Source: a virus. Taken from it: a stretch of DNA of 64,000 nucleotides. The position numbers and the translations under genes are program-made. Positions 36,876 to 44,840 of the stretch are shown piece by piece. A model generated the notes under the pieces. It did no database searches and was not told where the DNA came from. It saw nothing but the letters and a program-made list of their open reading frames with translations. The number at the start of each line of letters is the position of its first letter. Positions within the stretch are counted from its first letter, which is position 1. The stretch lies in the IMG/VR virus record IMGVR_UViG_3300031823_000004, positions 1 to 64,000 of that record, one strand, 5' to 3'.

Positions 36876-38561
36876 TTACGGCGAGGGCGTCTGCGGCGTG
36901 ACGAAGCCCTGCCACATCTGCTGCGCCAGTGTCCCGGCCGCCTGAAGGCTGTTGAACACCTGGAGCCCCTGTCCGGTCCCTTCCGGCAAGCCCTGCTGGT
37001 AGATGCTGCTGGCGCCCGGCACATACTGGCGCATCGCGTTGCCGGTGTAGATCGCCTGAAGGAGCCCAGCGGAGCCAGAGTCCGCATAGACCCCGGACGG
37101 CAGCCCACGCGACAGCGTAAGCGTCGTCGACGACTGGCCACCGAAGACGAAATGGTGCGTCACGCCTTCGACGTAAAAGGTCCACAGCAGGCCATCCTTG
37201 AACGGCGCATACTCATAGCGCGTGCCGATGTAGACCGACGGTGCGAGCGGCACCGTCACCTGGCCTCGCGCCATCAGCGCCAGGGGATGCCACCACGAGG
37301 CGAGCGCCGCGGTCAGCGTCGAGACCGATTGCAGCATGCCGGTGCCTGCTGAAGCGGCGATAGTGCCCTGCGGGTCATAGAACCAGCGGGTGGTGCCGTC
37401 GCACGGCCGGTATCCGTAGCGGTGCACCGAGGCCGGATCCGCAGCACCGGCGAAAATGAACGCGAACGGCGTGTTGTTCCCGCCTTCGCTGAATATCGTC
37501 GAGTACGCCGTCGGGTTCAGCTTGTAGAAATTGCGCACTTCATCGGACGAGAACGACACGGTCGATTCATAGAACCCAAAGCCGGACAGCGTCGTCTTGG
37601 GCAGCGCGTTCCAGCGCGACATGTCGAGCGGCGTTGGCGCGGACGTGCTGGGCGACGGCGTGGCCGGGAAATCGAAGCGCGGGACAGGATTGACCCGCGC
37701 CACCATCTGGGGTCCGGACGGCAGCGCGTAGGGGAACTCCTGCATGGAAAAGACGGTGCCGGGTGCAGTCACCCCGCCTCCCGGCAGCCCGTATAACCCG
37801 TTGGGCGCGGTGGTGACGAAAAACTCGTACCAGGGCCACGGGAAGATGTCCATGAATTTGGCCATCCAGGATTCCAGCCCGGTGAACTGTTCGGTAACCG
37901 GGATGACGACGTTGGGGTAGTTTTCCAGGTTTTCCGACACCAGGGTGTTGAACGCCAGCCGCGTATAGCCGCCGCCGTACGGCACAAAGGTGGTGCTCAG
38001 CATGCCGACACCGCTGCTGGCCATCACCTGCCACCATTTGTCGCCGACCACGGCCGGGCCGCGCTGCCCCTGCATGCCCTGCGACATGAACGGCACGATG
38101 CTCGCCGGCAGCAGCCCAAGCTGGTTTTGCAGCCCGGAGTTGATGGTAAGCCCGTACATCGCCAAGCTGTACCAGTTGGCCGTGTTGAAAAACCACGCGA
38201 AGTCCGAACCGACAATCGCCGGCGAGCGCACCGCGGTCGAGCCTTCCGGCGTGGACTGCCAACGCTGGTCTTCCGACGTGTCGGTGGCGACGCCGTCCAT
38301 GACGATCGCCGAATCAGCACCACGCTGCATGCCGATCAGCACATGCGAGCCCGGGGTGATGATCTCGGTCCAGTCCGGTGCCGATTCCGGCCCGTACGGG
38401 CCACCAGGCGCCAACTCGATCGAGAACCGGCCGTCGCCGCCACCCCGCAGGGTTTTCGTCACCGTGATCGAGCGGATCTGGCCGCCGTTGATATAGAACG
38501 GGCCGCCTTCGAATGGGTACACTTCGATCCCTGCGGCGACGGCCGCGATGACATCGGACAT
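36876..38561 (-). CDS. Baseplate hub-like protein
   Basis: SITVTKTL....GRFSIEL, PWYEFF, RYGYRP, FYVEGVTHHF.FG..STTTLTLSRG; downstream of tape measure. Confidence 0.75.
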   Translation of the reverse strand: MSDVIAAVAAGIEVYPFEGGPFYINGGQIRSITVTKTLRGGGDGRFSIELAPGGPYGPESAPDWTEIITPGSHVLIGMQRGADSAIVMDGVATDTSEDQRWQSTPEGSTAVRSPAIVGSDFAWFFNTANWYSLAMYGLTINSGLQNQLGLLPASIVPFMSQGMQGQRGPAVVGDKWWQVMASSGVGMLSTTFVPYGGGYTRLAFNTLVSENLENYPNVVIPVTEQFTGLESWMAKFMDIFPWPWYEFFVTTAPNGLYGLPGGGVTAPGTVFSMQEFPYALPSGPQMVARVNPVPRFDFPATPSPSTSAPTPLDMSRWNALPKTTLSGFGFYESTVSFSSDEVRNFYKLNPTAYSTIFSEGGNNTPFAFIFAGAADPASVHRYGYRPCDGTTRWFYDPQGTIAASAGTGMLQSVSTLTAALASWWHPLALMARGQVTVPLAPSVYIGTRYEYAPFKDGLLWTFYVEGVTHHFVFGGQSSTTLTLSRGLPSGVYADSGSAGLLQAIYTGNAMRQYVPGASSIYQQGLPEGTGQGLQVFNSLQAAGTLAQQMWQGFVTPQTPSP

Positions 38562-38566
38562 TTACC

Positions 38567-38608
38567 TTGCGCTCCACGCATTTACATGCTATATGCAACG
38601 GCACAACA
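38567..38608 (+). promoter_or_regulatory. Promoter plus 14-bp motif for an antisense small gene
   Basis: TTGCGC-N17-TATATG; GCAACGGCACAACA at 38595-38608 abutting the ATG. Confidence 0.65.
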
Positions 38609-38910
38609 TGCTAAAGACGCGTGCCGTGCATTTCCTCATTCTCTTCCTGATCCCCATGCGGGTCGTCAACATAGTCCTCGGTACGATAGCGACCGTGGTC
38701 CTGTTGCTCTTTTTGCTGGACACCGTCCAAAGGGATATCGAAAGAGGGGCGCCAGCGGAGTGCAGAACCTATTCGCAAATCATGGCCGACTACTACAATG
38801 ACACCTTCACAGGCTGTGTGCCGTATGGTCCGCCGATCCCGGGATCCGTGAAAGTCTACGGTTCGAACGGCGTCCATCCGGGACAAGCCCACGACAGGAA
38901 CTACCAGTAA
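38608..38910 (+). CDS. Small membrane protein (moron-like), antisense to the tail operon
   Basis: Long hydrophobic N-terminus, two Cys in the C-terminal part; own promoter. Confidence 0.6.
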   Translation: MLKTRAVHFLILFLIPMRVVNIVLGTIATVVLLLFLLDTVQRDIERGAPAECRTYSQIMADYYNDTFTGCVPYGPPIPGSVKVYGSNGVHPGQAHDRNYQ

Positions 38911-38911
38911 C

Positions 38912-41341
38912 CTATTGCGGCGGAACAACTCTCGACCAGTCGACACCCGACTGTGTTCCTCTGTCGATGATCCTTCTCATGGCCGCGTGCAGCGCGTTGA
39001 AGTCGACCACCGCCGTTTCCAAAGCTGCGTTGAAATGCGGAATGATGCCGCTGATCTCGCCGAACTGTGTCGCCGCTCCCGCCATGCTGGCGGTCATCAC
39101 GGTTGCCTGGAGCGACAGGACGTCTGTTGGGATGTTGCCCGTCATCCCGGCTTGGGCGAGACTGCGGTTGACGCCGGCACCGTACTCCGGCGTCAGGCCG
39201 CCGGTGTAGCGCTGGAGCGCACCTGTCACGTTACCGCCGGATGCGTCCAGGTCGGTCCGCAGGAGCCCGATGCCTTCCTCGATGCTTTGCATACGGTCGC
39301 GCGGCCGCGGCAGTCCGGACGATCCGGCGATCTGCATCGGGTTGTCCACCGCCGGCACCCCATAGGCACCTATTGCGGTGTTCCGGCCGCCGGTCGACTC
39401 CTGCATCATCACTGCGCCGGACAGGAGCGGGTTGACGTTTTTCGCCTCGCTCTGCTCCATGACCTTGTCGATCAGGTCAGGCAGCACGCCCATTCGAGAC
39501 AGCCCAGCGCGGTAATCGGCCCGCTTGGCAGGATCGAAACCGGCCGTGGCTGGGCTTAGCTGACCGTTGGGCGCGGTGTTCAGCCCGGGCTGCATCCCCT
39601 GCGGGTTCATGCGCAACGCCATCGCCGCCTGGGTACCGGTTCCGGTGAGGTTGCCGACGGCGATATCCCGCAATTCCGGCGGAAGCTGACTGATGATCGG
39701 GTTCTGCGACAGCACCTTGTACTGTGCTGCCGGGTTACCGGCCGTGACTACGTCCAGCCACTTCATGGCACCGTACGCGTCACCGGACCTGACGGACTGC
39801 AACAGCATCCGCACGGCTTCCGAGCCTTCCGGTGAGGACTTCAGCTTGGTGAAGGCCTCAGTTCCGACGAGACGGCTTACGTCACCCTCGCTGCGCAGCC
39901 CGGACGCTGCATTCCACGCCAGGACCGATCGTGTCGGATCGCTTCCGACGGTGCTCATGGCCGATGCGAGCCCGGCCTGCGCGTTCACCGCGGCCTCTCC
40001 GGTGCGGCCGCCCGGCAGATTGGAGAACCGCATCATAAAGTCCTGGAGCCCGGTCGTGCCGATGCCCATGCCGCCGGTTTGCACCGCGAGCGACAGTGAT
40101 GCGTCGATCGAGTGCAGGATCGACGTGCGGTCCATGCCGCGCGTGATGGCGTTTTCCAGCGTGTCGGAAAGCTGATTGGAGTAACCCCGGACGCCCGCCT
40201 CGGTCGGCGCGACCATGCCGTACCGTCCGGCTTGGCCGATCGTGCCAGTCACGTCACCGGTGTTCAGGCCGCTCAATCCCGGTAGGAAACGGCTCATGGC
40301 CAGGCCGCGGGACAGGCCTTCGACATCGGTCGCGCTCTGGGGTGCGACGCCAAAACCACGCACCAAATCGAGGCCTTCAGCCGGTCCGATCCCAGCGGCC
40401 GACATCCATTCCGGTGTGTGATAGCCACCCGGGAAAAACCGGCTGCGGATATCCTCGCCGCCAACACCTATCGCGCGGCCGAGGCCGTAGCTCCGGTTCG
40501 TCAGGTCTATGTACGGCTTGGCGCTGCTTAGCGCGCTCTCCTCCAGGCCGCCGAGATGCTGCGGCAGCGTGGCGAGTTCGTACCCGGCCATAGCGGCAAG
40601 CCCGTAGCCGCCGCCTCGCATAAGCAGCCGCGCCGTCGCTCCGACCCCCAGCATGTTGGCCATGCCGAAGTGTCCGTGGCCGCCACCGCCGAAGCCTCCA
40701 CCGCCCCAGCCACCACCCCAACCGCCACCACCCCCGCCCCAGCCGCCGCCACCGCCGCCACCAGGTCCGCCACCCCCACCACCTCCACCGCCGCCACCTC
40801 CACCGCCTCCCCCGCCACCAGGGGGAGGGGGAGGCGGCCCGCCCCAGCCCCAGCCGTTCGGTGGCGGCGGGATGCCGATAGCGCCAGCCAGCGCAGCAGG
40901 CGACAGCCACGATCCGGGAGAGTGCGTCCACGCGGCTGTGTACCCACCGCCGCCACCGCCACGGCCGCCACCGCCGCCGCCGCCAGGGGCTGCTGGAGGC
41001 ATGCCGTGCATGTCGATGTCGCGGATCATGCCACCGAGCGACGACGCCGGTGCACCAGGGATCGGCGTGGTGATCGCACGCAGGAAACCGAACTCCGCGG
41101 ACCCGGCAGGACCGCCACCAGCGCCTGCATTCGGGTTTGTCCAGCCGGTCGACGACGCTGACGTTGCTTCCGCAGCGTGCCGGGCCATCCAGTGGCCAAG
41201 CAGGTTGCCGCCGTCACCACCGGCAGAACCGCCGACCACGCCTGCCTCGATCCCCTGAAGCTGGCTGATCGACATGTGGCCGAGACCCAGCCCGCCGGGC
41301 TGCGCATAGCCTGGATTGCCCTCGATGCGGATCTCAGGCAT
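38912..41341 (-). CDS. Tape measure / tail lysin with C-terminal lytic transglycosylase domain
   Basis: Follows chaperones; AVMMQESTGG, NPMQI, ALQRYTG SLT motifs; poly-Gly region. Confidence 0.8.
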   Translation of the reverse strand: MPEIRIEGNPGYAQPGGLGLGHMSISQLQGIEAGVVGGSAGGDGGNLLGHWMARHAAEATSASSTGWTNPNAGAGGGPAGSAEFGFLRAITTPIPGAPASSLGGMIRDIDMHGMPPAAPGGGGGGGRGGGGGGYTAAWTHSPGSWLSPAALAGAIGIPPPPNGWGWGGPPPPPPGGGGGGGGGGGGGGGGGGPGGGGGGGWGGGGGGWGGGWGGGGFGGGGHGHFGMANMLGVGATARLLMRGGGYGLAAMAGYELATLPQHLGGLEESALSSAKPYIDLTNRSYGLGRAIGVGGEDIRSRFFPGGYHTPEWMSAAGIGPAEGLDLVRGFGVAPQSATDVEGLSRGLAMSRFLPGLSGLNTGDVTGTIGQAGRYGMVAPTEAGVRGYSNQLSDTLENAITRGMDRTSILHSIDASLSLAVQTGGMGIGTTGLQDFMMRFSNLPGGRTGEAAVNAQAGLASAMSTVGSDPTRSVLAWNAASGLRSEGDVSRLVGTEAFTKLKSSPEGSEAVRMLLQSVRSGDAYGAMKWLDVVTAGNPAAQYKVLSQNPIISQLPPELRDIAVGNLTGTGTQAAMALRMNPQGMQPGLNTAPNGQLSPATAGFDPAKRADYRAGLSRMGVLPDLIDKVMEQSEAKNVNPLLSGAVMMQESTGGRNTAIGAYGVPAVDNPMQIAGSSGLPRPRDRMQSIEEGIGLLRTDLDASGGNVTGALQRYTGGLTPEYGAGVNRSLAQAGMTGNIPTDVLSLQATVMTASMAGAATQFGEISGIIPHFNAALETAVVDFNALHAAMRRIIDRGTQSGVDWSRVVPPQ

Positions 41342-41720
41342 TGACCGGCTTCCCGCCCCGGGTAATGCCTGGCTTCATCGTTTGCGCTGCGCCCATCTTC
41401 GCCTTGTACGCGTTCAGGCGTGCCTGGGCTTCGCTCAGTCCTGCCACTTTTAACCGGTCAGCGTTGTCTATGGCGACCGACGCCCACGCAGCCGCTGCCT
41501 CGCTCGCTACGCGCCGCGGGTCCACACCGTTGCGCAGGAAGGTGAACCGTTCGGGCTCGTCTCGCGCGCCCATCTCCAGAATAAAGTCGAGTTCAGCCGG
41601 GGTGTGCTGGGTCAGCGGCTTGCCGAACGGACCGCCTGCTGCATGACTACCCAGGATTCGGCTGGCCACCCACAGCTTGGCTGCCAGCCTGTGGTCCGGC
41701 GGTATTCCGTCTTGTTCGAA
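41334..41720 (-). CDS. Tail assembly chaperone extension (gpT-like), reached by +1 frameshift
   Basis: +1 frame FEQDG...KLWVASRILG...LDFILEM with no RBS/ATG of its own; stop overlaps the tape measure start. Confidence 0.7.
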   Translation of the reverse strand, partial: FEQDGIPPDHRLAAKLWVASRILGSHAAGGPFGKPLTQHTPAELDFILEMGARDEPERFTFLRNGVDPRRVASEAAAAWASVAIDNADRLKVAGLSEAQARLNAYKAKMGAAQTMKPGITRGGKPVNA

Positions 41721-42114
41721 ATCGCAACACCTGCTTGGAGAAACTATCTCCGATATCCCACACCGTCTGTTCGCGATCCGGCGGGAACTTGCTGGAATCA
41801 ACGACCGGTTTGCCGTCTTCCCCTGGTGTGAACGGCCACGTTTGGTTCGACCGTACGAGGTACATCTCCATGATGGCGCAGTTTTGCGCGAAGTCGACGG
41901 TGGCGCGGTCCACGGCGAAGTCGAGTATGCCGCCGGAACCGGGGTACGCCTTTCGCCGGACTTCGGCGGCGCGATAGCCGAGTTCGATCCGATGATAGAT
42001 GCCGGGCTTTCGGAAGATGTATGTCTCGGTTGTAACGCCCGCGTCGCTGCCTTCCCCGTATTTGAGGACGACTTCGAACTCTGGCGAAAGTGGATCGTCG
42101 GTCGTACCGGACAT
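41647..42114 (-). CDS. Tail assembly chaperone (gpG-like)
   Basis: Between tube and tape measure; GAGGAG RBS; in-frame TTT CGA near the end. Confidence 0.75.
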   Translation of the reverse strand: MSGTTDDPLSPEFEVVLKYGEGSDAGVTTETYIFRKPGIYHRIELGYRAAEVRRKAYPGSGGILDFAVDRATVDFAQNCAIMEMYLVRSNQTWPFTPGEDGKPVVDSSKFPPDREQTVWDIGDSFSKQVLRFRTRRNTAGPQAGSQAVGGQPNPG

Positions 42115-42161
42115 GCGCGCTCCTCAAAAGCAATGCGAAGCGCAACCATATCGACACGCAG

Positions 42162-42692
42162 TTAAGCAGTCAAGCCGATCGTCCCGGCCGCCGCACCAGC
42201 CGAGGCTATCGCGGATGCAACGCTGATCGCGTTTTCACCGGTGTTCAGGACACTCACGCCGACGTTGTTCAGCACGTCCATCGCAAGGAACGAGTAGGTG
42301 TCGCGCACCGGCGCATTTGCCGGTATTGACTCGGCGAAATTCTGGCACTTGCAATCGACATAGGTGAACACAACGGTTTGCGTCAGGCCGTCGTACACGT
42401 GGAAATCGAAGACGTTCCCCGCCAGGATGTAGTTCAGATTCTGGCCGCCCTGGAGCAAATTGACCCCCTGCACCGTGAGCGCAAAGGTATCGAGATTGAT
42501 CTGCGGCGAGACGCGAAGCTGCTGGACTTCCTGCGGCAGCGCCGATCCGATGCCGTAAAGCTGTTCGGTGCCGAACGGGAACTGATGGCCTGTCGTCTGG
42601 GCAAAAAAGATGACCTGATCGCCGAGCATCGCGGCGACCTGGTTACCGTTACGGACGTTATTCTTGACGACTTGCGGTGTGAAACCCGGCAT
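42162..42692 (-). CDS. Tail tube protein
   Basis: Directly after sheath; GTEQLYGIGSALPQE motif; 176 aa. Confidence 0.85.
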   Translation of the reverse strand: MPGFTPQVVKNNVRNGNQVAAMLGDQVIFFAQTTGHQFPFGTEQLYGIGSALPQEVQQLRVSPQINLDTFALTVQGVNLLQGGQNLNYILAGNVFDFHVYDGLTQTVVFTYVDCKCQNFAESIPANAPVRDTYSFLAMDVLNNVGVSVLNTGENAISVASAIASAGAAAGTIGLTA

Positions 42693-42702
42693 GTCTCAGT
42701 TC

Positions 42703-44490
42703 CTAGGTCGCAACAATCTGGAAGTTCAACGGCTCGACGGATGCGAAAACCGTGATGTAGGCGTTCTCGTTCACCAGGGTGACCTGCACCGTCACACTGG
42801 CCAGCCGCTGGGTGCCGCTGTAGTTCAGCACCAGGGACTGCGGGTTCCACGATGCCAGCACACCGTTGCTCGACCCGCCGGTGTAGATCAGTGCGTTGTA
42901 CAGCCGGGTGATGGCATTGGTGATGTTCACCTCGGTAACCGGCGAGGCAATTGTGCCGACGTACTTCCGCAGGGTGTTGGTGGTCGAGTACGCCAGCCAG
43001 TACCGGCATGCAACCTGCTGGGACGACGTGTTCTCCACGTTGTCGTCGGCCTGCCAGGTCGTCATGTCGTTGACGATCGTCGGCGGACCGTTCTGCTGCG
43101 CAGTCTGCCAGATCGCCATGACGCCGCCGTTTTGCAGCGTATTCAACTGCGAAACCGACAACTGCGCGCCAGCGTTGGCGCCTTCCACGCCGGTACCGTT
43201 CAACACCTTGTTGGTCAGCGGCAGAGCGACGATGTTGCCGGTCGCGATCGACGCCGCGGCCGCCGCCACGTACAGGCCGCCATAAAGCTGGTTTTGCCCG
43301 GTATTCGTGTTGGTAGCGTAAATGCCCGGATAGGCGTAGACCATCTGGAGGCTGTCGAGATTCGTCGCATTCGTCACGGTAGTTGCGACGGTGTCGCCGA
43401 TCGACGAGCCGGTGAAACCCCGGCGCCACATGCCGTACGGTGGGCTGGACGCAATTTCGCAGTGTGCCGCCATCAGCGCCTGGACAGCCGTCGCGTTGCT
43501 GTCGCAGAACACCGTCCAGGCGGGCACCCCAAGCGCAAGTGTCAGACCCGACGCATAGTCCCCGTTCACCGGCGGTACGCCGGTCGCCCCGGAAAAGAAC
43601 GTCGGCGTGCCGACATTCGGCAGCGCTGCATAGCCCGACACGGCACCCACGCCGGTCGCCGCGGTGACCAACGTCGAAGCGAACTGATTGACCCAGAATG
43701 CCAGGTCGTTCTGTCCGGCCGGTACGTTAACGTAAACTGGTGTAGCGCCCGAAGCGAGAACACCGGAAGAGGCGTCCAGCAGCAGACATGGAAGCTGCCC
43801 GCCGGAAGAGGACAGGCTGATTGCCTCGAAAAAGCCTGTGCCGTTGATCGCCTCGGCCAGGATCGCTGTTGTGGAGTAGGCGCCCGATCCTATGGCAAAG
43901 ACGGCGCCCTCGCCTGCGTTTGGACTCGACAACGTAAAGGTGCCTGATACCGGCAGGCAGTTGTACGAGACGGACGCCGAGGCCGTGCCAAGATAGGCGA
44001 TTTCGAACGGCACGCCGAGATCGTCGCCAATGAACTGCGCACCGGAATAGTTGTCGGTCAGCGTCAGCTTGCGGCCGGTCGTCGAGCCCGACGACACCTG
44101 ATAGGTCAACTGGTTCGACGGCGGCCCGTACAGCACCGAGGTGAGGGTTGCGTACGCCGCACCGCCGGAGGTGGTCAGCAACGCTGCCGACTGCGTGTTG
44201 CGCGAGACGTCGATGAAGGTGATTAGCTGCGTGCCGAACAGCGACGGGCTGGGCGTCTGGATGAACGGAATGAAGTTCGATACCGGCGCACCACGCACCG
44301 CTATCGAAAAGTCCTGCGCGTTGGCGTAGGTCTGCGGAACCTTCGGTTTCGGCCCCCAGCCATAGCCCAGCACCAGCATGGGCGGCGTGGTCGGCGGATT
44401 GTTGCCTGCCGCGGCCGTTACGTCATCAGCGTAATAGGCGCCCGGCAGCCCGATGAACTGGCCGTCGAAGGTGATACCTTGCAAAGGCAT
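42703..44490 (-). CDS. Contractile tail sheath protein
   Basis: FDGQFIGLPGAY N-terminus; PLTNK, LQNGGV, IVNDMTT, LRKYVG C-terminal core. Confidence 0.9.
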   Translation of the reverse strand: MPLQGITFDGQFIGLPGAYYADDVTAAAGNNPPTTPPMLVLGYGWGPKPKVPQTYANAQDFSIAVRGAPVSNFIPFIQTPSPSLFGTQLITFIDVSRNTQSAALLTTSGGAAYATLTSVLYGPPSNQLTYQVSSGSTTGRKLTLTDNYSGAQFIGDDLGVPFEIAYLGTASASVSYNCLPVSGTFTLSSPNAGEGAVFAIGSGAYSTTAILAEAINGTGFFEAISLSSSGGQLPCLLLDASSGVLASGATPVYVNVPAGQNDLAFWVNQFASTLVTAATGVGAVSGYAALPNVGTPTFFSGATGVPPVNGDYASGLTLALGVPAWTVFCDSNATAVQALMAAHCEIASSPPYGMWRRGFTGSSIGDTVATTVTNATNLDSLQMVYAYPGIYATNTNTGQNQLYGGLYVAAAAASIATGNIVALPLTNKVLNGTGVEGANAGAQLSVSQLNTLQNGGVMAIWQTAQQNGPPTIVNDMTTWQADDNVENTSSQQVACRYWLAYSTTNTLRKYVGTIASPVTEVNITNAITRLYNALIYTGGSSNGVLASWNPQSLVLNYSGTQRLASVTVQVTLVNENAYITVFASVEPLNFQIVAT

Positions 44491-44491
44491 T

Positions 44492-44776
44492 TTACGTCAC
44501 CATCCTCGGGTCGGTGGGGTGTGCCGGATCTTCGCGATATTTGTCGATCAGCTTGGCCCATTCCGCTGGCGTGTGCCGCTCGCGTCCATGCCGGATCTTC
44601 AGCAGTTTGAGCCAAATCTCGTCAGGGTGGCCGGGCGTCGCCGTCATCACGACACGGCCCTTGAAGGCGACCTGCTGACCGTTGCGCAGCAGCGGAACAC
44701 GCCGCGGCCGCAACGCTGCGGCATACACGGTGAGAGGGACCGGGAAATCGGTCGTCGGCTGAACCGCATCGCTCAT
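44492..44776 (-). CDS. Small basic hypothetical protein
   Basis: GGAG RBS; stop 1 nt from the sheath start. Confidence 0.6.
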   Translation of the reverse strand: MSDAVQPTTDFPVPLTVYAAALRPRRVPLLRNGQQVAFKGRVVMTATPGHPDEIWLKLLKIRHGRERHTPAEWAKLIDKYREDPAHPTDPRMVT

Positions 44777-44840
44777 GTCGTCAATGGCTCCGGAAGCGAT
44801 TGCGGAAGGCTATCGCCCCGGCAGACACGGTCCTATGGGG

